Origin: Psilocybe cubensis
Lineage: Eukaryota
Direction: 5' to 3'
DNA: 64,000 bases
Assembly (NCBI GenBank): GCA_017499595.2
Contig: CM039002.1
Location: 1,922,001 to 1,986,000, forward strand
Below, piece after piece: positions 50,361 through 63,691 of the stretch (its first letter is position 1; each line of letters begins with the position of its first letter). Position numbers and translations under genes: made by a program. The notes beneath the pieces were generated by a model. The model was given only the letters and a program-made list of their open reading frames with translations, did not search any database and had not been told where the DNA came from.

Positions 50361-52884
50361 ATGGCGGAGACATTACTTGCCCTTCTACTTGTTACCAACT
50401 CCGCCAAAGGCTCAAATCTCGTCTTCCGATGGCCCGAATCGCCTCAGTCATCTCCTCGACTCAGCCGCTCGCGCCCGGACCCAAAGCTTTCATTATCTCA
50501 ACTTGACAACCCATGGAAAGCATCCCATTCACAAGACGCGTTGGAGAGAGCCGAAGTTTTGCCACCCAAAGACTACGCTCACGACCCAGAATATCGTTGG
50601 GAACGACCAAACGCCCTCCGAGATAGATCCCTCTCGTATTCGCATGAATCCGGTCGGGCATCTCCTTCACGGGATATGGCATATAGCTTTGACAAAGTTT
50701 CATCGCCAGACGAATATGACCATGTGTTGGGATATTCAGGAGAGTTCCTTGCAAATGTACTATGCCCACACAAGGCAATGTGTCACCAGAAGTTTGAACT
50801 GGTGGTAGATGATCTTGCATTCATAGGACATCCCGTCTGCGCGGATTCCGATACTCGTTGGTCCTTCAAACCGGAGAAAATCAAGCCTGGTTCTAGAGGG
50901 CGCGAGGAGCGGGATCTGGATAGCTCTTCTTCGCCTCATATTGCAGAGAATTCCACCTCACTAAGCCCAGAATTAACTGGTTCTGAGCCGCCATCTTCAG
51001 GCAAGGCTCCATGGCTCCATACATTCCATTTAGTGCTGGTACTCGACCTCCCTGATCCTTCCTCGTCCGCGTCCGGAAATTTAGCAAAATATTTCAACAC
51101 CCTATACGAACAAATCGCTTTCACTCTTACAGCCGTTTTATACCAAGAACAAGTTTTATCCAATTTTGTAGAAGAAGAGTGCGATGTACTGTTATCCCTT
51201 AAAGAGACCTGCATTACAAACGGTGACCGCCCACAGTCATGGTTAACAATTTAAAATTTAATAAATTTTGCCAGGAGAACCATATTCGAAGTATTCCGCC
51301 AGTGCTCTCGAAATTTCATCAATCGCCCCCGCCATGAAGACGATATTTGAAGCTATAAAATCTTCCTCTATGGCCTACGTTACTATCAATTACCTTCCCC
51401 TCGAGCTCCAACTCCCACCCTATCTTGACAGTCTCTTACATAGCCAAGACGATCAAGACGCAGACAGTATTGATCCCTATGATGATGACCCAACATTGAC
51501 TTGGGGCGAACACATGAATCTCGGGTGGAAACTGCCTACCATGGCACCATGGAAGACTTTGTTGCTTTTGGATATCGACAATGAAATGGATCCACATCAA
51601 ATACTTAACGGTCCTCATGGAAATGCGGACGACAAGACATTAGCAGAGGGACTTGTTCGGTTCCTGGAGACTGCGTCTGTAACGTTATCGTATGTGTAGG
51701 TTTGTTACCTAGTATTGGGCACAAGCTGACAGTACGCAGTCTCTATGACATGGCAAACCTTTTAGACTGGGATCTGGAATCTCAAGTATATCCCATTGTC
51801 CGTTGGCTTGTACTTCATCGAAGGGCCAAGGTTGTGGATGTAGTTCATGCGGGATTAAAAACCGCCTTTGCTCTGTCGCCCAAGTTTGGGTCAACGTAGG
51901 ATAACAGTTTCTTGTTAAACAAATGCATTGCTCATTATAATTCTAGACTTTCACAGTTATCCACCGAATTCCATGACGCATTTCCACACCCTGCCATCCC
52001 TCCTCTGGCTCAAATCCTTGCAACAGTGTCGGCTTCAACATCAAAGCAAACAGACAACCACTTTTTCGCCTCGGTCGTGAAATCAAAGGAGTTGATTCCC
52101 ATGTACCATGACGTAGTTCTTTGGATGCTGAAGAGAGATATTCTAACTACTCTACACTTACGAATTCGCGTGGTTGCCACCCGGGAATTGAAGCTTCGTG
52201 TCAAAGAGGAGAGAGACAGAAAGATAATGCAATCTGGAGGTTCTGTTAAATTCCATAAACGGTCAAAGTCTGGATCGGACAACGGGGATAGCGTCTCTAG
52301 AACAAGAAACCCGTCGTTCTTTCTTAGCCCGAGGTCAGCACGCAATTTTGCAAGACGGATTTCGTCGAACGAGTCAGGGAAGAGCGAAATAAGCGAGTTG
52401 AACTTTGACATTGACGAACCAATGCATAGGTTGGTCGAGGAGGAGGAGGCCAGTGATTCTGAACAAGATAATTCTGAAGTTGATGACCAAGAGGAATCAG
52501 GATGGGATACTACAGAAGATCATCTTTCGCCCAGTATGATAAATGACCCTGGTAAAGCTACGCCAATGCAGCGCCGCTGGCTTTCTGCAATGTCGGACGG
52601 TAAAGACCCTGCCATCGCAAAGCGATTCGAACTGTGAGTCTCCTGTGTCTCTGGAAATCCGAACATGTTCTCACACGCAGTGTTGTGCAGTATAAATCAA
52701 TATTTCGATGGCAAAAAATCGGATGATGAGATTCTATATCGCGCTGAAATATCTAGGAAGCAGCTACGAGAGGTCCTTCATCATTACGAGGACTATGTAC
52801 GTGCCAGCTATTCATCGATACACTATAATCGTTTGACAATAATTCTTCCTATCTCAGTTGCAGACCTTCTTGCATCCTTCATGA
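50361..52884 (+). CDS. NPR3: Nitrogen permease regulator 3 (SEACIT/GATOR1 subunit)
   Basis: LLALLLVT.SAKG..LVFRWP, KFELVVDDLAFIGHPV, FHLVLVLD, PWKTLLLL, WLVLHRRAKVVD, YFDGKKSDDEI...ISRKQLREVL. Confidence 0.93.
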
Positions 52885-52944
52885 ATCTGAGAGATCAAAG
52901 ATGTATAAAAATGTTGCCTTTTCACATTGTCTCCTGATAAAATC

Positions 52945-53892
52945 TTAATCCGCGTGGTGCCAACCTAGGAGCTTGGCGGCCTTAGAGCAATCAAACAGCC
53001 CTTGAGTACCAGTCAAGGACACTCCTTCTTTGATAGGCACTTGAGGCCAGTATTTCTCCAACAACGATAATGTCTCCACGTCGACCGCTGTAGTTGGTGC
53101 AGCTATGAAGAAGCGCTCGTGGCCTGTCCATTTGTCAGATTCCGCAATGGCCAACATGAATGCATTAGCGGCCGAATCTTCTTGGACGTAACCCCACAGG
53201 TCCTTTTCTCTTCCGTCGACGACATTGGCCTTTGATTTGCTGGGAACTGACCAATGTAATCGCAAGCTGGCCACTCTCATGCTTTCATATCGACGGGTGA
53301 TAACGTCTGCTTGCATCTCACAAATACTGAAAAAAATACATTAGAGGCGTATGCATGAAGGAATGTGACATACATTTTAGAAAGTCCGTATGGTTCGTCA
53401 GTTTCGCATGGATGGAGTTCGTCGATGGGGAAATAATGAAGCCTGGATTTTTGACAGTACGCCATGCCGATTACGTTGACAGAGGAGGCTTGAGCGACTT
53501 TATCAATCCCTAACTCTGCACAAGCACGCAACATGTTCCAAGAAATAACCACATTGCTTGATCATCTATGGCTTCATTTTTTGTTCACTATGCGGTAGTG
53601 CAACGACTCACCTATTGTGTGCCTTCACTATGTAATCATCAGGGTTAGGAAAAGCAGCGAGGTGAATGACTGCATCATATCCTGCAAGAAGTTTAAGGAC
53701 TGTATCATAATTTCGAAGATCGGCCTTCTTGAAGCTGAACATGGTGGGGTCCTTCTTTATCCAATGAGCCTCCTGATGCTCTAGAGACTGGTCGATAACA
53801 TCGACGCCCAAGACACTGTGTCCCCGCTCCAGGGAGGCTTTAACTACACGTTGCCCTACTCTTCCGTTACAACCTGTAACGACGATTTTCAT
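52945..53892 (-). CDS. NAD-dependent epimerase/dehydratase (extended SDR)
   Basis: MKIVVTGCNGRVG, AVIHLAA, ASSVN, PYGLSK (YxxxK), LFDCSKAAKLLGW. Confidence 0.9.
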
Positions 53893-56725
53893 ATTGAGTG
53901 GATATGGTGTGGGGAAGCAATCTCAGCTCAGCCGCGGCCATTTATCTATCTTATCTGTATCCATTCTACTGGGCGAGGTTGAGCTTAGTAGAGTGATCAG
54001 TACATACTTCAATCAGATGGTACGTAATGCCTGCCTGCAGGAACGAATTAGGGGGTTCTCCGGCGATTTTCACTCCGGCCCGGTACAGGTAAATTGCCAG
54101 TATGCTTTCAATACTTTGTCTTCACTCTCTCCTCGATGCATAGAAATAATCAAGCTTTGTCGCGGCCCTGGCTCTTGCCCATCATATGGGGAGTTCAATT
54201 GAGCCCTAAGAACTACCCAAAATCTAGATCAGTTCATGTCTGTCGACCCAGATGATGCCAACAGTAAGGAGGGCAGGTGGAACAGACTGGCGGTAATGAA
54301 GAGGCCCATGACAGACACTTTCACCAAGATGTGGAAGATAAGAGGACGACAATGACGAAAGCCCATGGATTCTGTTGTTTAGCTAGCTTCGTTTCATCGT
54401 CTCTAAACTACATGCAGTACACCTGTGCGATCACCAGAAAATTCGTACCTCATTTGGAGTCGTTCATTTAATGTAAGTGAATTTCTTTCTTTGCTTATCT
54501 CAACATTGTACTAGTTTTGCTATAGTTTTGGTTCCAATATAATTCAAACCACACTGAAGATCCCCTTTTCTAGGTCACTCACGTTTCGGCCAAACGTCAG
54601 TTCGACTCCTTGTGTGCTCTTCCGGGAAAAAGTGTGTGCAACTGGAAAGACGAACCGCTTGAAGTCGACCTAACTTCAAATGCTCAAGATGACACAGTCG
54701 ACGAACTATTGCTGGAGACGCGGAGCGAATCAAAAGCTATCATTGTATCAACTCAAAAGGGGTGCCTCAAGATAAATTAGAAGGCCCCATACAATGCGCT
54801 GCGAAGATTATAATGGAGCTCGTGCTGCTTTAAGGAACGGGCGGCTGGCGAGGGTGGGGAAGAACAGTGTCGCGATCGGGGTTCTGGATAGCCCCCTACC
54901 CACGGGGAAATGGCAAGAAATCATCAGCAACAGCATTACCAAAGTTGAATTTATCCCTCGGAGAGCCGATGCTGGATGTATTGAACCATTCACTGGCTGG
55001 AAACCTACCTCAATCATCAAGCTAAACGACGAATTCACAGGCAAAAGGCTGAAAACGATTTATGACTGCATGTGCATCCATTACATGCAGATGTTATGCT
55101 ATCTGGAAGCAACTGCCAAAGCTATGATTTGGAAGCCGGCGGAGAACCTGTCTTACGCTATTTTGTCCACGGAGGCAGCGTCCATGGATTTTCTGTCAGT
55201 GTGGGTGATCCGAATTTTTTTTGACATGGTGCAGGGACGTATAATACGAGACAGGCTGTCACTACAATTCGTCAAGGTGCGTCGTGGCTCATCCTGAAGG
55301 AATTCTATGTAAGTTGTCTTTTAGCTTGGTTCAATTTGTTGAACGACATAACGATCTTTCAATCAGTTGACTTCATGGGTGGAAACTTGATCTGTCCACC
55401 AAATCGTGGGATATTCACACCTGTGCTTCGCTATATGAACTTGCCACAGGATAGTATATGCCGTTAGTTCGATGGCATGGGATGATTCTGAGATCATACG
55501 TACGCAAGCACAGAATGCCCGAACATATCCTTACAGTGGAGATGTCATGATTATCGCATTGCCAAGGTTCCAAGGTACAGGATATTACTCAGCGAATATG
55601 ATGACGATGAGGAAGAATACGATATCCACAATGCGTTTCTGCTGTTGGTCCATTCAAGCACATCACAGTGAGAACTACTGTGGGCATATTGCTGATGCCG
55701 CAGAGCACAGAATTTGTATGTCCGTTTTTTATTTTAATGCATACCTTGTTCAACTTATAATAAATGTATGATCTACCCTTACAGAAAAATTGCTTTCGGG
55801 ATGCATCCGGAATCTGGTGCATCATACTATGGAGACGTTCCTCATCGTTTTATCATAAAAATTATTCCACCAGACCAGCAAAGAGACAATCGGCACACAA
55901 TTACATTTTTTTGTCGTTCATAAACTTGGGTTTGCTGAAGAAAGTCGCGGCCCAACTTTTGGTCTCGAAAATGAATGAGACTACATTCTCTATATGATTG
56001 GATTTTGGACGGATTACAACCTTCGACAATCATATAGAAAACGGGGCTAGAAAGGTCAGCGACAAGAAATCCAGGTACATTCTTCACATCGACATCAACA
56101 CCTTTTCAATCATGCTCTCACGTATACTGCATCTACGTCCGATAACTGAGGAGGGGAACTTGCAAACATAATCAATAGCAAGCCTGAGGGCGTACATAAT
56201 AATCTAGATTGGTATGTTAGGCATTTGGCTATTGAAAAAGCCGAAAGCCGTGTAGGGTTCTGATCGCTTGCTTGAAACCAAGTTCGGTTGTTAACATCGC
56301 AAACAGTTTGACTCAATTCCATTACTATTGTCACAAGTCGGACTTCAAACGTTATTTCAATGCTACTACCTTGAACAAAAATAAAATTTTGCGAAGGCCT
56401 TGAACCTTACCCCAACCTCTTCAATACTAGTCATCTTTCTGGACACCTTTGTAAAGCTTCGGGATTTGACATCTTGCAATCACGCCTTCCAATTTAATGC
56501 CTTTACTAGCTCATTGTTAAGGGATGACTGACGGAATTAGAACACGGAAGACTTTCAACGCCGTTGTTCAACCGCGTGATGTTGATCCCCATATGCTCCT
56601 TGGAACTGCTACAATGTATCTCTTCGGACTTCCCACTGTGTAGAGACTGGATGGGGGTTATATCATTTCAGATTGCCATTCTGTCTTTAATGAAGGCCCA
56701 TTTCTGCTCACTATAATCAAGAAAT

Positions 56726-59085
56726 ATGAGCAATAGGCAATTTTCAGTGGAAGAAGTGGCAAAACACGACAAAGAGGGTGATATAGTGAGTCGTTCGACT
56801 ATCAATCTCAAGACAATAAAACCTCATCTATTACATTCTTTCCCAGTGGGTGATTATCGACGCCAATGTTTATGACCTTTCCAGGTTTTCTGGTATGCAC
56901 CCCGGGGGACTTTCTGTACTTTTGGACGAAGAAATAGGTGCGTCTTCCGTCAAATATAAGCAACAAATGTATGCTTACACCAAATTCTCTGTCAGCTGGC
57001 AAAGATGCGACAGAACACTTCTTCAGTCTTCACCGGCACGAAATCCTTGAAAGGCCTCAGTATAAACGTCTGCAAATTGGTACTGTCATCGGTCAAACAC
57101 CTCAAATTTTTGCACGCAATGCTGGGGAAATCAGCAAAGTTCCATATGCTGAGCCAACATACCTTACTCCCGGATACTATAGTCCTTATTACAACGAAGT
57201 ATGTCATTGCCCAAGTTCGAACCGATTCATGTTGTTGACGCCTAATTAGTCCCATCGTAAGTTACAATTTGCCTTCCGCAAATTCGTCGAAGATGTTCTT
57301 GTTCCCGATGGACAAATCCACGAGGATGATGGCATAAAACCAGAACAAAAGATTTTCCTGGAAATGGCAAAATACAACATCATTGCTATGAGATTAGGTC
57401 CTGGCCCACATTTACAGGGTCTCAAGCTGTTGGGAGATGTTAAACCGGAAGAGGTAAGCCAGCTCTTATTCCTAAACCCATACCCAACTTACTCAAAAAA
57501 TCTACTTGTCTAGTTCGACAGTTTCCATGATCTAATTATGGCACAGGAATTGTCTCGAGTGCATTCTCGTGCATATATCGATGGCTCAGGGGGCGGGACT
57601 TACATTGGTGAATGCAATTACACTTGACTTGTAAACGGTCATAAATCGTGTTGCATTTTACCAGGTCTTCCTCCCATTGTGAACTTTGCGAAGCCTGCTT
57701 TGCGGAAAAGAGTTCTTGAAGATGTTTTCTCGGGTCAGAAAACGATTTGCTTGGCCATCACTGAAGCCTTTGCAGGAAGTGACGTAGGCGGGTTGAAATG
57801 CACCTCTAAGAGGGTGCCTGGCGGGTTTGTCGTCACTGGAACGTGGGTTTTCAATTTCCCTCTATCTGTTTTCCGCAGTAAACTCACTTGAACGCTGCAG
57901 CAAGGTACATGCATGCATTGAAATTATGCAAACTTTTTATGAAAATATTTCGATTTAGAAATGGATTACCAACGGCACATTCGCTGACTATTTTACCACG
58001 GGGTGCAGAAGTGAAAAAGGTGGACTCAACGCTTTGCTGATAGAACGGGGACCCGGAGTCGAAACCAAGCCGATCAAGACATCGTATTCAGCCACAGCAG
58101 GTACTGCCTACGTCACCTTTCATAATGTCTTCGTCCCAGAAGAGAATCTACTGGGAGAGGAAAATGATGGCCTCCATGTCATCCTTAGTAATTTCAATCA
58201 CGAGCGGTGAGTAAACTTCGTATGAATTCTTGCTTCAAGTTTATCGATATGGTTAGATGGGGGATGTGTTGCGCAAACATCGCCAGTCAGAGATTGGTCG
58301 TCGAAGAATGCTTGAAGTTAGTCCACATTCTTTCTGATACACAGCTCCAAAATTCATATTTCTCAAGATGGGTGTCGCAACGTAAGGTGTTTGGTAAACC
58401 ACTTAGCTCGCAAGCTGTAATTCGGTCCAAACTTGCCTCTATGATCTCGAGGGTTGAGAGCGCTCAGAGCTGGCTCGAGAATGTTACTTACCAAATGTCA
58501 AAAATGAAATATAAAGAGCAGGCTATTTACCTAGCAGGGTTAGTGGATTTAATCATTGCTGATAGGCTCTTGTTCATCTGCATGTTGATAGTCCCATCGC
58601 TCTATTGAAGAGATTCACCACGCAGGCTGCCCAAGACACTGCTCGGGATGCCGTTCAGGTGAGGGAGCTAAATTAAGATTTTTGATGCATCATTGAGCTG
58701 GTTATAGATATTTGGGGGACGTGGTATCACCAAGACTGGCAAGTCATCACCAAAATTGCAAAAATGCCTACTCACAGCTTTTTAGGGATGGGACGGTTTA
58801 TCGAAGAGGTAATTTGACAGCCTCTATTTCCACGTACACCTACTAATTTCATTCAGTTTCACCGTACCGCACCTTTTGACGCGTGAGTACCGCCCTACAA
58901 ACAAATATTGCTCAATAATGTTGACCGCATACTCCGCATCGTCAGTGTTTTGGGAGGAGGTGAGATTGCCGTAAGATTTTCCGCTATAATCTTGCTGAAC
59001 AAATTTGCCACCAGCCGAAGACGTCCTCGGTGACCTCGGAGTTCGTCAAGCCCTTCGCAAAATGCCTAGAGATGTTCGACTATAG
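56726..59085 (+). CDS. Acyl-CoA dehydrogenase with N-terminal cytochrome b5 domain
   Basis: EEVAKH..WVIIDANVYDLS.F..MHPGG, GKDATEHFFSLH, LAITEAFAGSDV, GTKKWITNG, NFNHERW, QRKVFGKPL, QIFGGRGIT, LGGAEDVL. Ends ...DVRL*. Confidence 0.94.
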
Positions 59086-59269
59086 AGCCACTAGATGTTT
59101 CATGATGAACGGACTTCAAGGCAATCTCCACTCATACCATTAGATGGACAAGACTATACCATCTGTTCAAACAATATATCAAAACGAAATTTCCATCGCC
59201 TCACATTTCTGCCTTGTACTGTTCTGTTGTACACATTATTGTTCAATATAGACCATTCACCAAATGTCG

Positions 59270-61755
59270 TCATGTGGCCTCGACACTCTTTTCTTCGTCA
59301 GAATGTAGTTGTTTCGAGTTTTTAACTTCCTTGTTGGTTGGTTCAGGAGGCACATCTCCGAACACTTGATTCATGTCTTCTAGTGATTTTCCTATTTGCT
59401 GCAAGTTAAAGATCTGTGAGATTTCTTTATACTTATTGTACTGACCTTTGGTCTCAGGGAAGAATAATGCAATTGCAATGAAATCCACGAAGTTGAGAGA
59501 AACAAAGAGCATGTAGAATTTCCAGCCAACTCTTGCTATTCCAAGTGGTGCTACCTATTCATAAAGTTAAGACAGATCTAATGTTGCAGAGTAAGTAATT
59601 ACCTGTGAGAGGAGAGTGTTGAAGGCCTGATAAATCGCCGTTAACAAGGGTTAAATGCGTGTGATGGGTCAACAGAAAGCTCACCCAGTTTGCACATGTT
59701 GCAACACTAGTCCCTATGGAACGAGTACTCGTTGGGAAAACCTTTGAGGATGTCAGAAAGCATTAACGCATCTTAATAACGCAATATTTCTCACTTCTGA
59801 AGCCAATACCCAACTGACAGGTCCGAAGCTCAAAGAGAAGAAAATACTGGTCAAAAATATCATAGCAATGCCCGCTCTATCATTGCTTGTCAGTAAGGTT
59901 TCAAATACTGCTGGACGTGACTCTGTTCTGACCTTTGAGCAGAAGCGTTGGTCTCCGGTGCATCGAGAGGATTTGTGGCTAGTATAGCCGCTAGAATAGA
60001 GAAAGTAACGACGAAGCTGCCTGCACCAAACAGAAGAGGCTTCTTGCGTCCTACGCGATCCAAAATAAGTGTGATAAAGCTGGAGAGAATATAGTTAGAT
60101 GCAGAAATTTGAGAAATATTGCCGGAGTGACGTACAAGATATTGGCAATTGGACCGACGGCGCCGTAGATCCTGGTTGAGAAATTTTAAAAGCTGGAGGA
60201 ATGTATATGTGCGCGTTCTTTGCAAACTTACCCTTGAACTAGAAGTGCTTTTCCACCGTTGATTCCAAGGGCGGTGTACATTTGTGGCCCATAGTAGTTG
60301 ATAACTGCCAACAAAAGCTCAGAACAACATTCATCAAGTTTTGCCACAAATATGCGCCTACCATTAATGCCTGTGAACTGACAAAACACCTGTACACCGA
60401 CAGCGACAAGGGTACGATGGGCCATCGCACGCGTAGCCCACAAGTCACTAATTCTCCTGCTTTTGATAGAATGTTCCGCTTTGATGGTGGTGTACATCTT
60501 TGTATACTCCTCATCGGCTGCGACTTTGTCATTTCCGTGCAATTTGAGAACGACTTTGCGTGCCTCGTCATCTCTTCCAACTTCGAGTAGCCAGCGCTGG
60601 AATTGATTAAAAAACCATCAGGAAATTACTAAAATACGGGAAACATACAAAGGAAGGTTTAATACGTACAGGACTAAAGGGAAGGAAATGAATGCCGACA
60701 AACAGCAAGCCTGCGGGTAGCATCTGTTGGATAGTAAGATCTGACAAAAGGATTGCATTAAAATAGGGTTACCTGCAAACCAAGAGGAAGACGCCAAGAA
60801 ACATCTGACTTGATAAACTGACAGCCATAGCCAACCTAAACAATTTCATTTCAACGACATATCGGAGCAAGTAAGACGGCAAGGAAACTCACCCAGTTTG
60901 CCACAATAAAACCGATGCCAAGCATCTGTTGATTTAACCCGACCAAAAATCCTCGAATTTTAGGAGGTGCAACTTCCGTCTACCAGTAGGGGTTAGAAAT
61001 GAGGTAATCTCTTCCAGAAAAGAGGGAGAATGTACATTGTACAGAGGCACAGTCATCGAAAGAACACCAATCGCAAGACCAGCGACGATACGCCCAATAA
61101 GGAGAGTAGCAACGTTACTGGCTCCAGACTGCATCGCACATCCCCACAATGCAAATATACAACCGATCTGATTTTCAAGTTAGCTTCAGTATGTGTTAAG
61201 AAGCGATTTTAGCGGCGTACTTGAATTGTACGCTTGCGGCCAAATCTATCGTTCGCCCTAACATTCTTACAGTCAGGGCATTCATCAAAGCAAACGGCAA
61301 TGAGAAATCAATCACCATCCAGCACCAGCAGCGCCAAAGAAACATCCACCTAAAAATAAAAATTAGCGAAAAGAAAAAAATTTTCAATCAGACAATTTAG
61401 GCATACCATTGAACGTAGATACAATGGCACCCTTGATGCTAGGGTCGTCTCCGAAATGGGCGACATAGTGGTCCATGGTTATGACCGAGGCTATGATCCC
61501 ACTGGAATTTTGTCCAGTCAGAATGACGATGTAAGCTTATAACAAGGCTAAGAATAACCTATCATATCTGCATGTCATACATCGTAATCGTTTAGTTCGT
61601 AGAAAACTGTTTGATAGTTGTTCATCGACTTGCCCAAACAAAAATGCACCTGAGTGGTTTACTAATTAAGCAATGTATTGTGAGCATAGAAAGGCATATT
61701 TAAACGCACCAATTGAGGAGAACAGAGCAACAAAGGTGTTATAAAATAGTCCCAT
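59270..61755 (-). CDS. Sugar porter family MFS transporter
   Basis: Spliced SIGAFLFGYDSGII, NDRFGRK, GRIVAGLAIG, PLYNTEVAPPKIRG, QFTGINVINYY, DRVGRK, GPVSWVLASEVFPT, FFPETKGKSLEDM. Confidence 0.94.
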
Positions 61756-62263
61756 ATCGCCTCAGTCTGTGTCAAAGGTCAAAAAGGTCCAGTATGCAGT
61801 GTCAACGGCATGCACATCCCCTCCTCCACTCTTTATATGTCGGTTTTTCAACACCATTCTACATCCCAACCAGTTACCCCAGGGGCGGGGAAATCGCGGG
61901 ACATTCTAAAGTGAAATGTGGGGGTCATGAGAACGACCATGCTGCACGATAAACCTGTAAAGAACCAAAAGCGGGCCGGGTCAGAAAGAATGTGGGGAAG
62001 AAATGAAGCCTTTTGGTCGCAGCTTCAGGCTGCTTGGTACCGATGTCAAATTATACCCGTCAATTCGTGAGATAAGGCGAGAAATGCTTAGAGCAAGAAA
62101 GGCGAAAGAACTTGTTATTTTGCAAAAAGAAAAATAGTACAGATATTGCAGCAATGTTACAGAACCTTTGTTATTTGCGTATGTGGCTTTCGAGTCTAAA
62201 TCAAAACATGATCAGAAAAGCATCGGAGAGTGGATGCAATTTTAATCCATTAGGATTGACGCT

Positions 62264-63691
62264 TTACGAAGCAGGCTGGTCAGGTTCGGAGACAGCAGCA
62301 TCAGACTTCTTTTCCACTTCTATAGTGTCGTCGGCCGGAGAATCAGTTTTCTTTTCTGCACTGTCTTCTGCCGGCGTATCACCAATGGGGAAGTATTCAG
62401 GAATAAGAGTCCTAAATTAAAAGAGAGGCCAATATCAAGGTTACATCCCGCAACAATCGAGAAAGTAGAAGTCAAGCACGTACTCGTAAACACCCAGATC
62501 CTTGTCACTCCAAACTACGAAAATAACTCTGTCCAGCTACAGGTCCGGTAAGATATATGTTACAGCTAAAATTAATACAAAATATGCCTACCTTGTTGCC
62601 GACTTCAGTATCTAAGAATGCTCTGACGGTGTTCAGAGCAATACGTGTGGCATCAACGATGGGGTAGGAATAGATTCCCGTAGAAACCGAAGGAAATGCC
62701 TTGCAACAAGCCATTAACACACCAATGTCATGCTGCAACACTCAGAAACGGCGAACCACTCACAATGTGCTTCAGTCCATTCTCCACGGCCAGTTGCAGA
62801 CTTGTTTTGTAGCATGATTCAAGCTGCTCGGCCCTCTCCTCAACAAATTTGCTCGAATACACGGGTCCAACTGTGTGGATGATGTGTCGTCTGTTGAAAG
62901 AACAGCCATCAGCAACGTCGTTCTATACCCGAGAAGCAACGAGCAAACTGACGCGGGCAGGTTGTATCCTCGCGTGATCTTGGACTCTCCAGTCGCGCAT
63001 CCATTCAATCCACGACCTAGAATTACGAAAATCACGAGTAAAGTCAGTGAGATTGCGAATGCGAGATAAAAAACAAACACCAGTCAGATAACTCACATTC
63101 CTCCAGAAGCTTCGGCCCAGCTGCAGAGTGGATCGCGCCGTCGACTATGATAGCACCGAACACCCATGAGCACCCCGATCGCGCAGATAATCACAGGGCA
63201 GAAATGTACAGTACCTCCCCCTCCCCCTGTGTTCTCGACGCGTCAGTAGATCCCCAACCAACCAGCAGTCCACAGCCGCAAGAAAGCAACGCACCTAGCA
63301 AACTGCGGTTGGCAGCATTGACAATCGCGTCGATCTTGAGCGTGGTGATATCGCCCTGACTATGTAGACAGACACGCAAAAAAGTCAGCGAGTGGACGCG
63401 TTTCGGCGAGCTTGCAAGTCGACAAATGATGCCGATCCGATGGCAAGGTCGATCACAGCAGCTCGGTCATACGCACAAGAGGGCCACACGGTCGAGGAGA
63501 TCAGGTCGCACTGGGTGCCGGAGCTTATCAGCTGCCAGCTTCTTGAGCACGGCTGTCTTGTACAGGTGCGCGACTGTGTTGATGTCGCTGAGACGCACCA
63601 TGTCGTCGTCGATGTCAGAGTCTACAGAGGATATGCTAGCTGGCGAGGGCGGCGAGACCGGATCGGCGGGTGGAATGTCATCGAGAGACAT
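62264..63691 (-). CDS. Macro-domain protein (MacroD/YmdB-type ADP-ribose / O-acetyl-ADP-ribose hydrolase)
   Basis: [70 protein letters not shown]. Confidence 0.95.

Noticed and set aside
34731-52884. MAF1, CorA-like, PHO84 and NPR3 as a nutrient-sensing gene cluster
   Set aside because: Interspersed with unrelated housekeeping genes (CDC16, NOP15); no evidence beyond proximity.
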